Shown piece after piece: positions 40,806 through 51,531 of a DNA stretch of 64,000 nt (positions are counted from its first letter, which is position 1; the number at the start of each line of letters is the position of its first letter). This stretch comes from Thermoplasmatales archaeon. GTDB lineage: Archaea > Thermoplasmatota > Thermoplasmata > Thermoplasmatales > Thermoplasmataceae. The notes below the pieces were generated by a model, which saw only the letters and a list, made by a program, of their open reading frames with translations, was not told the DNA's origin and searched no databases. The stretch is from positions 64,001-128,000 of the forward strand of contig DAIDBH010000014.1 of assembly GCA_027310185.1 (NCBI GenBank). Reading direction: 5' to 3'. Both the position numbers and the translations under genes were made by a program.

Positions 40806-42356
40806 ATGCCATTCGAAAATGAGGTTACATATGTTAAATATGTAAAAAATGGAAAGGAAAGAGAATTTAATGAATTGTACGACAAGGCCTGTGAGGAAGC
40901 AAAGAAGTATATTGGAAAGGAATACAAAAATATTATAGGAAATGAAGTCGAAGAAAGCAATAAGATAAAGCATACGTCTCCAGTTGATGGAAAAGAGATA
41001 GGTACATTCCAGGCCGGTTCACAGAAATATGTTGACCAGGCTATTGCCATGCTTAAAAAAGCCCAGAAGTCCTGGTTTAAGTCAGGATATGTGAACAGGG
41101 CACGGGTAATGCTGAAGGCTGCTGATCTTCTTTCGAGAGATAAGTTTCTGATTTCTGCACTGCTTGCCTATGAAAATGGGAAGAACAGAACTGAGGCAAT
41201 GGCCGACGTTGATGAGGGTATAGATTTCCTTAGATATTATGCCCTGAACCTTATAGAAAATCAGGGTTTTGTAAGATTTACTGGTAAGGGATATGAAAAT
41301 GAGGAAAGTATGTCCTACATGAAACCATACGGCGTTTTTGCAGTGATTGCACCATTCAATTTCTATGCCATTACAGCAGGAATGGTTGCTGGACCTCTGA
41401 TTACTGGAAATTCTGTGCTGTTGAAACCATCAAGTGATATACCTTTAACTTCTTACCTTTATGTGAAGACACTGATTGAGGCAGGTGTTCCGGCTGAGAA
41501 CATTGCATTCATTTCAGGAAAGGGGAGCGAAATTGGACCATACATAACATCCCACAGGGACATCTCCGGAATACTTTTCACTGGATCACGGGATGCGGGT
41601 ATTAGTATATTCAGGAATGCAACAAAGGACAGGCCTAAAGTCGTGATTACTGAAATGGGAGGAAAGGATACAATCACTGTAACTTCCAGAGCTGATGTTA
41701 ACAAGGCAGTTAATGGAGTTTACAGAGCCGCTTTTGGATATTCCGGACAGAAATGCAGTGCCTGTTCCATTGCATATGTTGAAGATAAGATATACGACCA
41801 ATTTCTGGCAAAGATAAAGGATATAACAGACAAACTCGTTGTTGGAGACCCAAAGAAACTTGAAACTTACATGGGACCAGTGATCAACAGGGAGGCAGTT
41901 GAGAAATTCAAGAAATATTCTGAGGTAGCCAGAAAAGATGGAAAGATTCTATCTGGAGGAAATGTCATTGAAGGTCCAGGAAACTTTGTGAGACCGACAA
42001 TCGTTACGGATCTTCCAGGGAATTCCGATATCATTAAGCATGAATTGTTCCTTCCTTTCCTCGCAATAGTGAAGGTAAAAAGTCTGGATGAGGCCATAGA
42101 AAAGATAAACGAATCAGATTACGGCCTGACTGGAGGCATATTCACAGAAGACCCAGCAGAAATCCAGAAATATTTCGATGAGGTCGAGGTCGGAACAATA
42201 TATGCAAACAGGGAAAGGGGAGGTTCCACAGGAGCAATGGTTGGTTCACAGCCGTTCGTTGGATGGAAACTGAGCGGAATCAGTGGAAAAGGTACCGGTT
42301 CATTCTACTATCTGCAGCAGTTTTTAAGGGAACAATCACAGACGATTGCCCATTGA
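40806..42356 (+). CDS. Aldehyde dehydrogenase, 1-pyrroline-5-carboxylate dehydrogenase-like
   Basis: MPFENE start, IDFLRYYA, EMGGKD, GQKCSACS, TGAMVGSQPF. Likely start ATG 40806. Confidence 0.88.
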   Translation: MPFENEVTYVKYVKNGKEREFNELYDKACEEAKKYIGKEYKNIIGNEVEESNKIKHTSPVDGKEIGTFQAGSQKYVDQAIAMLKKAQKSWFKSGYVNRARVMLKAADLLSRDKFLISALLAYENGKNRTEAMADVDEGIDFLRYYALNLIENQGFVRFTGKGYENEESMSYMKPYGVFAVIAPFNFYAITAGMVAGPLITGNSVLLKPSSDIPLTSYLYVKTLIEAGVPAENIAFISGKGSEIGPYITSHRDISGILFTGSRDAGISIFRNATKDRPKVVITEMGGKDTITVTSRADVNKAVNGVYRAAFGYSGQKCSACSIAYVEDKIYDQFLAKIKDITDKLVVGDPKKLETYMGPVINREAVEKFKKYSEVARKDGKILSGGNVIEGPGNFVRPTIVTDLPGNSDIIKHELFLPFLAIVKVKSLDEAIEKINESDYGLTGGIFTEDPAEIQKYFDEVEVGTIYANRERGGSTGAMVGSQPFVGWKLSGISGKGTGSFYYLQQFLREQSQTIAH

Positions 42357-42376
42357 TATTAAGATAATTTTTTTTA

Positions 42377-43021
42377 TCAAATTTCTAAATTTTCTTTCAG
42401 TATCTTCATGAAGAGTTTTTTTTCTTCTTCCATTCTGTATTTTTTATCATTGATTTTAGAAACTGAAGTCATCACAGACCAGTCATAGCCACATGGGTTT
42501 ATGAGGCTGAATTTTTCAAGATCTGTGTTCACGTTCAACCCGATCCCGTGCATGGTGAACCCTCCCCTAATTGCAAAGCCTGTTGATGATATCTTATGAT
42601 TGCCAACCCAAACACCTGTTTCCTTCTTGAGTCTGGAATGAGCAATTATTCCATGCTTTTCAAGATACTGGATTTCCACTCCGTGTACAAAATTGATCAG
42701 GTCAAGAATGTTTATTCCCCTTTTATTCAGGTTGATCAGGAAATACGCGGTTATCTGTCCTGGTCCATGGTATGTAATTCCACCACCTCTTTCTATAAAA
42801 TGAACGTTTTCAAGGTTTGTCGTGTTCCCATCGTGATGGATACCACATGTATAAACAGGATCGTGTTCGCATATAATTATGGATTCCATACCTGATCCTT
42901 CAATCATTTCCATGTTAATCCTTCTCTGGAGAGCCAGACCTTCAGGATAAGGAAGATTTTGAAAAATTGAAAATTCTATTTGCCCGTTTATTTCACTATT
43001 TTTCAAGCCTGGATTTAACAT
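42377..43021 (-). CDS. lipB: Lipoyl(octanoyl) transferase
   Basis: EHDPVYTCG, RGGGITYHGPGQ, HGIGLN, INPCG. Start ATG 43021 overlaps the end of pckG. Confidence 0.92.
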   Translation of the reverse strand: MLNPGLKNSEINGQIEFSIFQNLPYPEGLALQRRINMEMIEGSGMESIIICEHDPVYTCGIHHDGNTTNLENVHFIERGGGITYHGPGQITAYFLINLNKRGINILDLINFVHGVEIQYLEKHGIIAHSRLKKETGVWVGNHKISSTGFAIRGGFTMHGIGLNVNTDLEKFSLINPCGYDWSVMTSVSKINDKKYRMEEEKKLFMKILKENLEI

Positions 43022-44843
43022 CGTAATATGTCTCCCATAATTCCTCAGGGAAATGATTTCCAAAAGACTCAAAGAATGGCTTTATTGTCTTTAGTTCTTC
43101 GAGGAAACCTTTCCTGTCTATATGGAGTAATTCATTCATGACGTTTTTATCTATCGTTCCATAATCGAATGAATCCAGTGAAGGTACATTACCCATTGGA
43201 GTTTCAACAGCATCCCTTATTTCCCCATTTACCCTCCCAAGTATCCATTTGACAACATACATGTTATGACTGTATCCGGGCCACAGAAAACCACCATTTG
43301 CATCTTTCCTGAACCAGTTGACATTGTATATGCGTGGTGGTTTATCCAGTTTCTTGCCGACTTCGAGATAATATTTGAAGTAATCTCCCATGTTATACGG
43401 CATGAATGGCCTCATGGCCATTGGGTCATTTCTGAGCTCTCCAACCTTTCCGATTGCAGCTGCAGTAGTTTCTACTCTTTGCATTGCTCCAAAAAGTACT
43501 CCTTCATTCCAGTTCCTCGCCTCCATTATAAGTGGTAGGAGATCACTTCGCCTTCCTCCGAACAGGAAGGCACTGACAGGTGCTCCACCTGGTTTTTCGT
43601 AGTCAGGGGACAGGTTTTTGTATTCTTTTATTGGAGTACTGAATCTAGAGTTGGGATGAGCAGCCTTTTCCTTTCCATCGTATGGGTTGCCTCTCCAGTC
43701 TGTAAGTCCCTCAGGCACATCTGGCATACCTTCCCAGTATGGGCACTTCCTGGAATCAATTCCAACGTTTGTGAAGAGAGTGTTTCTCCTTACTGCATCC
43801 ATGGCCCTGGGATTTGTCCTGTAACTTGTATGGGGTGCCACTCCAAAGAAGCCGTATTCGGGGTTTATTCCTCTGAGTTCGCCATTCACAGGATGCATCC
43901 AGGTAATATCATCACTCATTAGGTAGGTATCCCATCCTGCTTTTAGAAATTCCTCGGGAGGCTGGAGCATGGATAAATTGGTTTTACCGCTTGAACTGGG
44001 AAATGCGCCGGAAATATAGGTCATTTTGCCGGTGGGTTCCCTGATTCCTATGAGCATCATATGTTCAGCCATCCAACCTTCTCTCCTGGCCCTGAAAGAG
44101 GCTATTCTCAGCGCGTGACATTTTTTGCTCAGGAGTGCGTTTCCCCCGTAATTTGTGTTGAAGCTTATAACCGTGCCCATTCCATCGTTTTCGTCTGGAA
44201 AGTGCATTATATACCTCTTTTCCGGGTTAAGATCTGCGGTTGCGTGCATTCCCAGAACGTATGAATTGCTCAGGGCTATAGGTTTTGCCGTAACTCTCCC
44301 TACCCTGGTTATCTTCATGAGGTTAAGAACAACATAAAGGCTGTCAGTGAGCTCGATTCCGCCCTGGCCAAAGGGGGAATCTATGGGACCAAGCCAGTAT
44401 GGCACAATATAGAGCGTCTTCCCCTTCATTGCTCCCTCAAGGTTTGATCTGGCTATCTCGAGGGCATCATCAGTATTGAGCCAGTAGTTCGTAGGGCCTA
44501 CATCATCAGAAGAACCTCGTGTGCAAATATAGGTATCCTTCTCAGATCTGGCTACGTCAAACGGCGCACTTCTGTAAAGATATGAATTTGGATATTCAGT
44601 TTCGTTCAGCTTTACCAATAAGTTATCTTTTACAAGGCTGTTAATTACGTCCTGTTCCTCGTATCCCTCTATAACTTTCACCTCAGGCTTCCCAACGAGA
44701 AACCAGTATTCCGATATATCCTTCAATACTTTTTCGGTAAGGCTGGAATTATAATTACTCATTGCCCGGAAGAACATGCTTCCTCCTGTCAAGTTTTCCA
44801 TTTCTCCTTTCTGATTTTCCTTTTCTTCTGCCAGACCTAACAT
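42996..44843 (-). CDS. pckG: GTP-dependent phosphoenolpyruvate carboxykinase
   Basis: YGGNALLSKKCHALR, AFPSSSGKTN, DDITW, HPNSRF. Confidence 0.96.
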   Translation of the reverse strand: MLGLAEEKENQKGEMENLTGGSMFFRAMSNYNSSLTEKVLKDISEYWFLVGKPEVKVIEGYEEQDVINSLVKDNLLVKLNETEYPNSYLYRSAPFDVARSEKDTYICTRGSSDDVGPTNYWLNTDDALEIARSNLEGAMKGKTLYIVPYWLGPIDSPFGQGGIELTDSLYVVLNLMKITRVGRVTAKPIALSNSYVLGMHATADLNPEKRYIMHFPDENDGMGTVISFNTNYGGNALLSKKCHALRIASFRARREGWMAEHMMLIGIREPTGKMTYISGAFPSSSGKTNLSMLQPPEEFLKAGWDTYLMSDDITWMHPVNGELRGINPEYGFFGVAPHTSYRTNPRAMDAVRRNTLFTNVGIDSRKCPYWEGMPDVPEGLTDWRGNPYDGKEKAAHPNSRFSTPIKEYKNLSPDYEKPGGAPVSAFLFGGRRSDLLPLIMEARNWNEGVLFGAMQRVETTAAAIGKVGELRNDPMAMRPFMPYNMGDYFKYYLEVGKKLDKPPRIYNVNWFRKDANGGFLWPGYSHNMYVVKWILGRVNGEIRDAVETPMGNVPSLDSFDYGTIDKNVMNELLHIDRKGFLEELKTIKPFFESFGNHFPEELWETYYDVKSRLEK

Positions 44844-45003
44844 TTTAAACCTGATACTTCATTTTTTAAGGTATAAAAAGAATTTGTCTCCAGCTTAAGT
44901 CAATTGCATATATTCAGTATATAAAATATATAGAATTAAATCTAAAATCCTTTATTCTTTCAGGTTCAGATATATTTTAATACAATGAGCTATATTCAGG
45001 TCG

Positions 45004-45786
45004 ATGGATTCAGCACTCTCCTTGAAAGATATTAATGTGAATGAGATATCCCTGCTTATAAAGATCCTCAAGGGAGAAACAAACCTGACTTTAATGGCAA
45101 AAGACCTTGGGATAACACTGCAGGGTGTACGATATTATATTGCTACCATGAAGGAGAGAGGGTTTCTCGAAGAGTTCAAGATCACCCCTAAGGGATATGA
45201 ATACCTGAGTTCTGTAATGAAGCTGCTCAAGGGATTCGTCATAGAAGGGACAGATATCATCTTTAAATCGACAGACTGGGAGTGTATAAGTGATGATGAT
45301 TTCAAGACTGGAGCAACTGTTTATCTTTATATGAATGGAGGCTTTCTGCATGGAGGTAAGGAGAACAGGAACAATGAGGCAATTGCAATTGCTGTAGAAA
45401 ATGCCAGGGCGGGAAATAAACTAAGGATAAGGGACATAAAGGGCATTATAAAAATTAATTTCGGAACGGTGTGGATAGAAACAATAGAAGACCTTAATGA
45501 CAGTAATTCAGAAATAATAAGGAATAAAATAATAAAATCAATTAAAACTGATAAGTCGAATGCCAGGATATTTATTATGGGAGAAGGTGCTTATTCGATA
45601 CTTTCCAGTGAAGTTAATACAAATGTATTTGCACCACTTGCCGGCGCCTTTGATTGTGCGAACAGGGGACTTGATTCAAAGATATACACAACAGCTGAAT
45701 CCCTGAACCTAAATTTTGAGGAATTTTCTGCACTTAAGGAAAAATTTCCTAATGTGAAAACCAATCTTACAACCTTTAAAATATAA
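45004..45786 (+). CDS. Winged-HTH transcriptional regulator (archaeal, COG1497-like)
   Basis: MAKDLGITLQGVRYY...ITPKGYE N-terminal wHTH. Confidence 0.75.
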   Translation: MDSALSLKDINVNEISLLIKILKGETNLTLMAKDLGITLQGVRYYIATMKERGFLEEFKITPKGYEYLSSVMKLLKGFVIEGTDIIFKSTDWECISDDDFKTGATVYLYMNGGFLHGGKENRNNEAIAIAVENARAGNKLRIRDIKGIIKINFGTVWIETIEDLNDSNSEIIRNKIIKSIKTDKSNARIFIMGEGAYSILSSEVNTNVFAPLAGAFDCANRGLDSKIYTTAESLNLNFEEFSALKEKFPNVKTNLTTFKI

Positions 45787-45946
45787 TATTAATTGTATAT
45801 TAATTAAAATATTCCTCTAACGGTTAGTTATGTATAGTTTTTATTTCCTATGGTAGATTAAATAAATTGGATCAACTTGTATCAATATTTAAATAATAAG
45901 AAATTATGACTAGTTCATACACAAAGAGGTGCAATGATGGAGGACG

Positions 45947-46342
45947 ATGAAGGTGGCCGTGGGAATTCATATTCTAGCAGACATGTATGGTATAGAACCA
46001 GAGCTTCTGGAGCGAAAAGAGAATTTGATGGAGATAATTGAGAGGTCCATCAGGGTCGGTAACCTCACAAAAATTTCGTCAGATTATTATCAATTTGAGC
46101 CAGTAGGGGCAAGTGGGATCGTTTTGCTTGCAGAATCGCATATATCTTTCCACACTTGGCCTGAATACGGAATGATTGCCCTGGATCTATTTACATGTGG
46201 AGATCCAGAAAAGGCAGATGTGGCTTTTCAGTACATTAAGGAAAAGTTGAATCCGAAAGAAGTTCAGTTCGTAAAGCATGAACGTGGTTCAAAGGTGACA
46301 GTAAGCAATGCACCACAGCCAGCTGCAACTCAGTTCGTTTAA
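45947..46342 (+). CDS. speD: S-adenosylmethionine decarboxylase proenzyme
   Basis: LLAESHISFHTWPE and DLFTCG; GGAGG SD. Confidence 0.92.
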   Translation: MKVAVGIHILADMYGIEPELLERKENLMEIIERSIRVGNLTKISSDYYQFEPVGASGIVLLAESHISFHTWPEYGMIALDLFTCGDPEKADVAFQYIKEKLNPKEVQFVKHERGSKVTVSNAPQPAATQFV

Positions 46343-46350
46343 AGCTGGTA

Positions 46351-47259
46351 ATGAACCGTAAAGACAATTTTCTAATTTTATTCATAATATTTATAGCTGG
46401 TTCTGTCATTTTTTTTACCAGGGAACCCCTGATAAACATAATTTTGATTGTAGCAATCATCTTTGGTCTCGACATGAGTTCTGACGAGTTATATGAAGGA
46501 ATTGAAACGATCACCGGAAAAAAGCCCGGTTTATTTTATGGACTCACACTATTCTCGTTTCTTACAAGTTTTGATGAAATTGCCGTATCAGGTACATCGG
46601 TGGCCGAAGGATATCCTGGCATATCCATAGGTACACTTGTCGGGTCTGTTGTTGTAACCCTTATGATTTTTCTTGTGGTGATAAAATTCTCAAGAACAAG
46701 GATTGACAGAAAATATGCCCCATTCATACTTATAGTGCCATCATACATTCTTCTCCTGTTATTACTTAAAGAAGAAGGATTAATTGCAACATTACTCCTT
46801 ACTGTTGCAACCATAAGTATTTCTCTCTTCACCTTCTACTACCTTGGCAGAGAAGATATAGTTGAAAAGGTCCAAGTAGACAGGAACGATGATAAGGCTG
46901 GCAGGATAAATATTCTGCAACTTATCTTCTTTACAGCCTGCATCTTAGTTTTTTCAGTTTATCTATCCAGGGGTACAGCATCCATGGGAATCTATCTCAA
47001 CATAGGTGAGGTTAACTCAGGATACATAATACCGGGAATTCTAGGTTCAATTCCAGAGATCGTTGTCATAAGAAGTTCAATTCGAAAGAAAGATTCGAAA
47101 AGTGTTGCAGGAATCATAACAGGAAGTACAGTTATAAAGGGGGGAATTTTACTTCCCCTTCTTGATTTTGCCTTTAATTATTCTCCATCGTATAACAACT
47201 TTACCATGTCTGGAAGCCTGATCATCCTGATTATTACTATTATCCTGATATTCTTATGA
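46351..47259 (+). CDS. CaCA-family cation/Ca2+ antiporter
   Basis: Alpha-repeat-like TSFDEI and GSIPEI motifs; multi-TM. Confidence 0.78.
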   Translation: MNRKDNFLILFIIFIAGSVIFFTREPLINIILIVAIIFGLDMSSDELYEGIETITGKKPGLFYGLTLFSFLTSFDEIAVSGTSVAEGYPGISIGTLVGSVVVTLMIFLVVIKFSRTRIDRKYAPFILIVPSYILLLLLLKEEGLIATLLLTVATISISLFTFYYLGREDIVEKVQVDRNDDKAGRINILQLIFFTACILVFSVYLSRGTASMGIYLNIGEVNSGYIIPGILGSIPEIVVIRSSIRKKDSKSVAGIITGSTVIKGGILLPLLDFAFNYSPSYNNFTMSGSLIILIITIILIFL

Positions 47260-47382
47260 ATCATCCACCTGTTTTTCCGTGTCAGGAAATTCTCTTATTT
47301 AACATGTATTTGCAAATGCCATGAAAATTGAATGAACATGCTGGGAATTTGAATATTGTCTTGAAATTAGTGAGCCCGAGTT

Positions 47383-49125
47383 CTATACCCGGGTTCCCCA
47401 GAATATATTCTCCTTTCTCTTGATTTTAATGATTTCCTCCAGTGTTTCCATTGTCTTTTCATCCAGTGACCTTTCCCTGAGTTTCTTCACCACGTCTTCG
47501 GTGATGTCAACATAGATTGGTTGATCGGCTGATATCTGCCTGTTGAGGGTAACACCATCAATGGCAACCGCAACCTCCTGTCCCGCTTCCGCAAATCTCT
47601 TGGAGACTTCTCCATCCCTTATGCTCTTTATGGTACCGGCATACTTTCCATCATCTCGTATCATGTTGTCCCCTACCTTTATCCTGCCGGATAATACCTT
47701 AACACCAACTATGATCGGCTTTGCAGCACGGAAAATGTATTCTGGCATTATAACAAGCTTAGACGGAATTGGCATACCCTGCTTACTTTCCTCATCCATC
47801 TCTTCCTTCTTGTTTCTCAACCATTTTTCAATATCTTCAATAAGTGAATATATAACTTTTGATGCAACAACCGCAACATCATAATTCATTAAGTTATTCC
47901 TGGCATCGCTTGAAAGATCAACGTTAAATCCAGCGAGGATCCTATCCATCTGATTTGGAAGTGTAGAAACATCAATAAGGTCTCTCTTGCTTATCTCGCC
48001 TATCTGGGTGGAGCGAATCTTGATCCCACGGGTTCCAAGCTCAAATGCTACTGCCTCGAGTGAACCGAGAGTGTCTGCTTTCAGTGTGATTCCGTGTTCA
48101 TCCAGTTCTATCTTAACCTGGCTCTCCTCCTGCAATTCTGCTATTATGGAATCAATATCTCCCTTGGCTTCTATTAGGGTTGTGCCTGGTATCACATCCA
48201 GTTTATCTGAAATTGCAATTCTTACCCCTGAAGCTGAGCTCACCATATTTCTTTCCGTGACCTTGGTTGATTTTGAGGATACATTTGTGAAAAGAGCCTT
48301 GATTTTCGTCTCCTTCGGTCCTTCAAGTGTGTTTACATAGACAGCCATCCCTGTTCTTAGTTTTCCCTGATAAAGAATGGAATCCAGTGTCATTCCCAGT
48401 GACTCTTCCCTTCTTATCTCCAGAACACTTGCTTTTGCTATGCTGTTTACCAGTGCAATGGAAGATGTGAGAAATCTTTGCGCCAATCCCGATATGGTCA
48501 TCAGTATCTCCAGTGTACCTATGGAATATTTTGCGCTTGAAGGAACTATGGAAATGTTCTTTGTAAAATCAGTTATTCTATCAAATCTATCTGCTGTCAG
48601 GTTATGCTGGTATAACTGATTTATTATGGCATATAGCTTGTTGTCCAACTCATCTATATATTCCTGTCTTTGCTCCTTGAGAAATTCTGAGAAGTTGGTA
48701 TTTGCTGGCTTGATAAAATAAGCCAGTGTATCTATCTTATTGGCAACTATTATGAATGGTGTTTTAAATTTCCTGAGAATGTTTATTGACTCAACAGTCT
48801 GTGGCATAATGCCGTCATTTATATCTATTACAAGTATGGCTATATCAGCAAGAGCACCTCCCCTTGCCCTCATATTTGCAAAAGCAACATGGCCAGGAGT
48901 GTCCACAAATAGAAGCCCCGGTATTTTAAACATTTTTGAGGAAACCTTGCCTCCTGAAATCTCTACTATCCGCTGGATGCTGATCTCAGTTGCACCAATC
49001 CTCTGCGTTATACCTCCTGACTCTTTCTTCATGAGGGAGGTTCCCCTGATGGAATCTAAAATACTTGTTTTACCATGATCTACGTGCCCGAGTACGCACA
49101 CAATTGGCTGTCTGAGTGTTTCCAT
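47383..49125 (-). CDS. infB: Translation initiation factor aIF5B (IF-2)
   Basis: GHVDHGKT, GGITQ, DTPGH, NKID. Confidence 0.97.
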   Translation of the reverse strand: METLRQPIVCVLGHVDHGKTSILDSIRGTSLMKKESGGITQRIGATEISIQRIVEISGGKVSSKMFKIPGLLFVDTPGHVAFANMRARGGALADIAILVIDINDGIMPQTVESINILRKFKTPFIIVANKIDTLAYFIKPANTNFSEFLKEQRQEYIDELDNKLYAIINQLYQHNLTADRFDRITDFTKNISIVPSSAKYSIGTLEILMTISGLAQRFLTSSIALVNSIAKASVLEIRREESLGMTLDSILYQGKLRTGMAVYVNTLEGPKETKIKALFTNVSSKSTKVTERNMVSSASGVRIAISDKLDVIPGTTLIEAKGDIDSIIAELQEESQVKIELDEHGITLKADTLGSLEAVAFELGTRGIKIRSTQIGEISKRDLIDVSTLPNQMDRILAGFNVDLSSDARNNLMNYDVAVVASKVIYSLIEDIEKWLRNKKEEMDEESKQGMPIPSKLVIMPEYIFRAAKPIIVGVKVLSGRIKVGDNMIRDDGKYAGTIKSIRDGEVSKRFAEAGQEVAVAIDGVTLNRQISADQPIYVDITEDVVKKLRERSLDEKTMETLEEIIKIKRKENIFWGTRV

Positions 49126-49141
49126 ACAATAATATTACACC

Positions 49142-49591
49142 TCAGAAAAGATTTTCATCCCCATAGGCAAAATCAAGGATTTCACTGTTATTGAAGAATA
49201 TTGGATACTCATGATTGAAAGATTCAGTTGAGTCTGATGCATGGATGATATTCTTATCGATACTTATTGAGAAATCTCCTCTTATTGTGCCTGGTGATGC
49301 CTTTGAACCGTCAGTTGCGCCAACTAGAGTTCTTACTACTGATATGGCGTTGTTCCCTTCCGCCAAAATTGCTATTATGGGACCACTTGTTATATAAGAA
49401 ACAAGATCCTTGAAAAATGGTTTTTCCTTGTGCACTGAATAATGTTTCTCCGCTTTCTCCTTGCTTAAGTTCATTAACTTGAGACCTTTGATGTTTATTC
49501 CTTTCTGCTCAAGCCTTTTAATTACTTCCCCAGATAATCTCCTTTTAACTCCATCTGGCTTTATTAAAATGAGGGTTTTTTCTGCTGCCAT
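49142..49591 (-). CDS. ndk: Nucleoside diphosphate kinase
   Basis: IKPDGV, PGTIRGDF, NIIHASDS. Confidence 0.97.
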   Translation of the reverse strand: MAAEKTLILIKPDGVKRRLSGEVIKRLEQKGINIKGLKLMNLSKEKAEKHYSVHKEKPFFKDLVSYITSGPIIAILAEGNNAISVVRTLVGATDGSKASPGTIRGDFSISIDKNIIHASDSTESFNHEYPIFFNNSEILDFAYGDENLF

Positions 49592-49878
49592 TATTGACTG
49601 CCTTCCTGATTAACTTCCTCAGTAACCGGTTCACTTTCAGCCGGCTTCTTTTGTTCAAGGTTGTGTGCTTCAGATGCTTTTCTTATTGCCTTCAGATTCT
49701 GGTACTCTCTAGTCCATTTCACCTTTCTTGGCACTCTTTTCAACTTTGTTTGATTTATCCTGCATTTTTTACTGCAAAAATTGATAATTGCTCCATCACG
49801 GCGAATGTAAACCATTCCCGTTCCGGGTTCAATTTCAGTTCCACAAAAGCTGCATTCTCTACTAACCATCAGATTCAC
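49591..49878 (-). CDS. rpl24e: 50S ribosomal protein eL24
   Basis: [26 protein letters not shown]. Confidence 0.96.
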   Translation of the reverse strand: MNLMVSRECSFCGTEIEPGTGMVYIRRDGAIINFCSKKCRINQTKLKRVPRKVKWTREYQNLKAIRKASEAHNLEQKKPAESEPVTEEVNQEGSQ

Positions 49879-50084
49879 CTCATTGAAAGCTTCTTAGCTT
49901 CCCTAGCAGTTTCTCTTAGCATCAGTATGTCGCCAACCTTTACGGGACCAAGGACATTTCTAGCGATGATTCTCCCCTGATCCCTGCCAGCCAGTACTCT
50001 TACCTTAACAGTGGTAGCCTCTCCGGTCATGCCAGTTCTACCCATTAATTCCACAACTTCAGCTGGTGTTGCATCATCTAACAT
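49875..50084 (-). CDS. rps28e: 30S ribosomal protein eS28
   Basis: [28 protein letters not shown]. Confidence 0.97.
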   Translation of the reverse strand: MLDDATPAEVVELMGRTGMTGEATTVKVRVLAGRDQGRIIARNVLGPVKVGDILMLRETAREAKKLSMR

Positions 50085-50094
50085 TCAAGACACC

Positions 50095-50463
50095 TCACTT
50101 ATTGAGGTTTGCTACTTCTGATGTTATTTGCTTGAGTAGTTCCTCGTTCTTCCCTACATCCGTAATTGAAATCGAAGCAGTTGATCCTATGGCTACTTTT
50201 GATCCAAGTTCCGATCTTGTCTTTACATAGGCAAATGGCACTTTTCTCTCTTCGCATAACTTAGGGATAAAGTATACAACTTCTGGTGGGTTTACATCCT
50301 CAGCTATAACAACGAGCTTGCTTTCCCCTCTTTCTATTGACTTTATTACCTCATTTGTGCCTTTTTTGATTTTTCCACTTCTATAGCAATTCTCTACTAA
50401 TTCCAGAATCTTTTTCTCTAAAGACTCGGGAGTTTCAAACTTGACATATGTTGTTTTGTCCAT
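50095..50463 (-). CDS. rpl7ae: 50S ribosomal protein eL8/L7Ae
   Basis: KKGTNEVIKSIERG, IAEDVNPPE. Likely start ATG 50463 after GGAGG. Confidence 0.96.
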   Translation of the reverse strand: MDKTTYVKFETPESLEKKILELVENCYRSGKIKKGTNEVIKSIERGESKLVVIAEDVNPPEVVYFIPKLCEERKVPFAYVKTRSELGSKVAIGSTASISITDVGKNEELLKQITSEVANLNK

Positions 50464-50535
50464 GCTTTTCTCCTCCTTCACAGAGTAAAACGTTAACTTA
50501 AGATTATATAAATAGTTTATTGGTAAAATTAAATT

Positions 50536-51426
50536 TTATTGGGGTTCTATGTGCGTTGTATAATTCAGCATATCCATGATCTTGCTTTCAACAATTTTTG
50601 GTATTGTGGTAATTGGGTCTGGTAATTTTCCCTTTATATTGTGCTTCCTGTAGAAAGCTGCATAAACCATTGCTGGAAAAGGATACTCATTTACCATTCT
50701 GAAGAATTGATTGAATATTCTCTGGGTTTTAGTTGCCATCGTCATGTTTCCATCTACAAAATATTTATAAACGTCCGTAACAAGTGGATTTATGTTTGTG
50801 GTTCCACAAACCCCACCTTTTGCCCCTATTGAAAGTGCCTGAAGGAGAAGATCATCCTGCCCCTGGTATACTTTAAGATTGTCTGAAAAATTGGATGCGA
50901 CCTCGTTAAAAAATCTTATGTCTCCTGATGAATCCTTGATTCCTTCAATTCTACCAATGTTTTCAACCAGAGATTTCATCGTTTCTATTTCAACCCTTGA
51001 ACCAGTAAACTGTGGTATATTATAGATGTAGAACTTTCCAGAGAAAACCTCGGAAACAGCCTCGAAGTGCCTTATTATCCAGGACTGTTCAGCCCTGTTA
51101 TAATATGTTGGTTGCAGGACAATCTTGTTGAACCCTAAATCTTCGGCATACTTTGCCATCTCTCTTGCTTCTTCGGTGTTTTGTGACCCTACTCCTACAA
51201 GTACTTCAAAATCTGAGGCCTCATCCTGGATCATCTTGAGAAATTCTTTCTTTGTTTCCAAGGTCATCAAATTGAAAAGACCGTTGCTCCCAAGTGGAAA
51301 TATTTTGTTAATACCAAATTCTTTCATATCCTCTAGGAATACCTTCAGGTTTTCCCGTGATGGCTTACCTTCTCCATCAAATGGAGTGATCATGGGACAT
51401 ATTACTTCAACGTTAGATGTTTTCAT
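50536..51426 (-). CDS. DHDPS/NAL-family aldolase, probably 2-keto-3-deoxygluconate aldolase
   Basis: ITPF, GSNG, YNIPQFTG and GIKDSSGD (Schiff-base Lys). Confidence 0.8.
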   Translation of the reverse strand: MKTSNVEVICPMITPFDGEGKPSRENLKVFLEDMKEFGINKIFPLGSNGLFNLMTLETKKEFLKMIQDEASDFEVLVGVGSQNTEEAREMAKYAEDLGFNKIVLQPTYYNRAEQSWIIRHFEAVSEVFSGKFYIYNIPQFTGSRVEIETMKSLVENIGRIEGIKDSSGDIRFFNEVASNFSDNLKVYQGQDDLLLQALSIGAKGGVCGTTNINPLVTDVYKYFVDGNMTMATKTQRIFNQFFRMVNEYPFPAMVYAAFYRKHNIKGKLPDPITTIPKIVESKIMDMLNYTTHIEPQ

Positions 51427-51531
51427 ACTTCTACATTACATTTACTGTAAAAACATTATTAAAATTTATCTATTCATAATTTCTCCTATTTTTAAGAGAT
51501 TTCATTTTATACTAATTAGGGATTGCTATTC

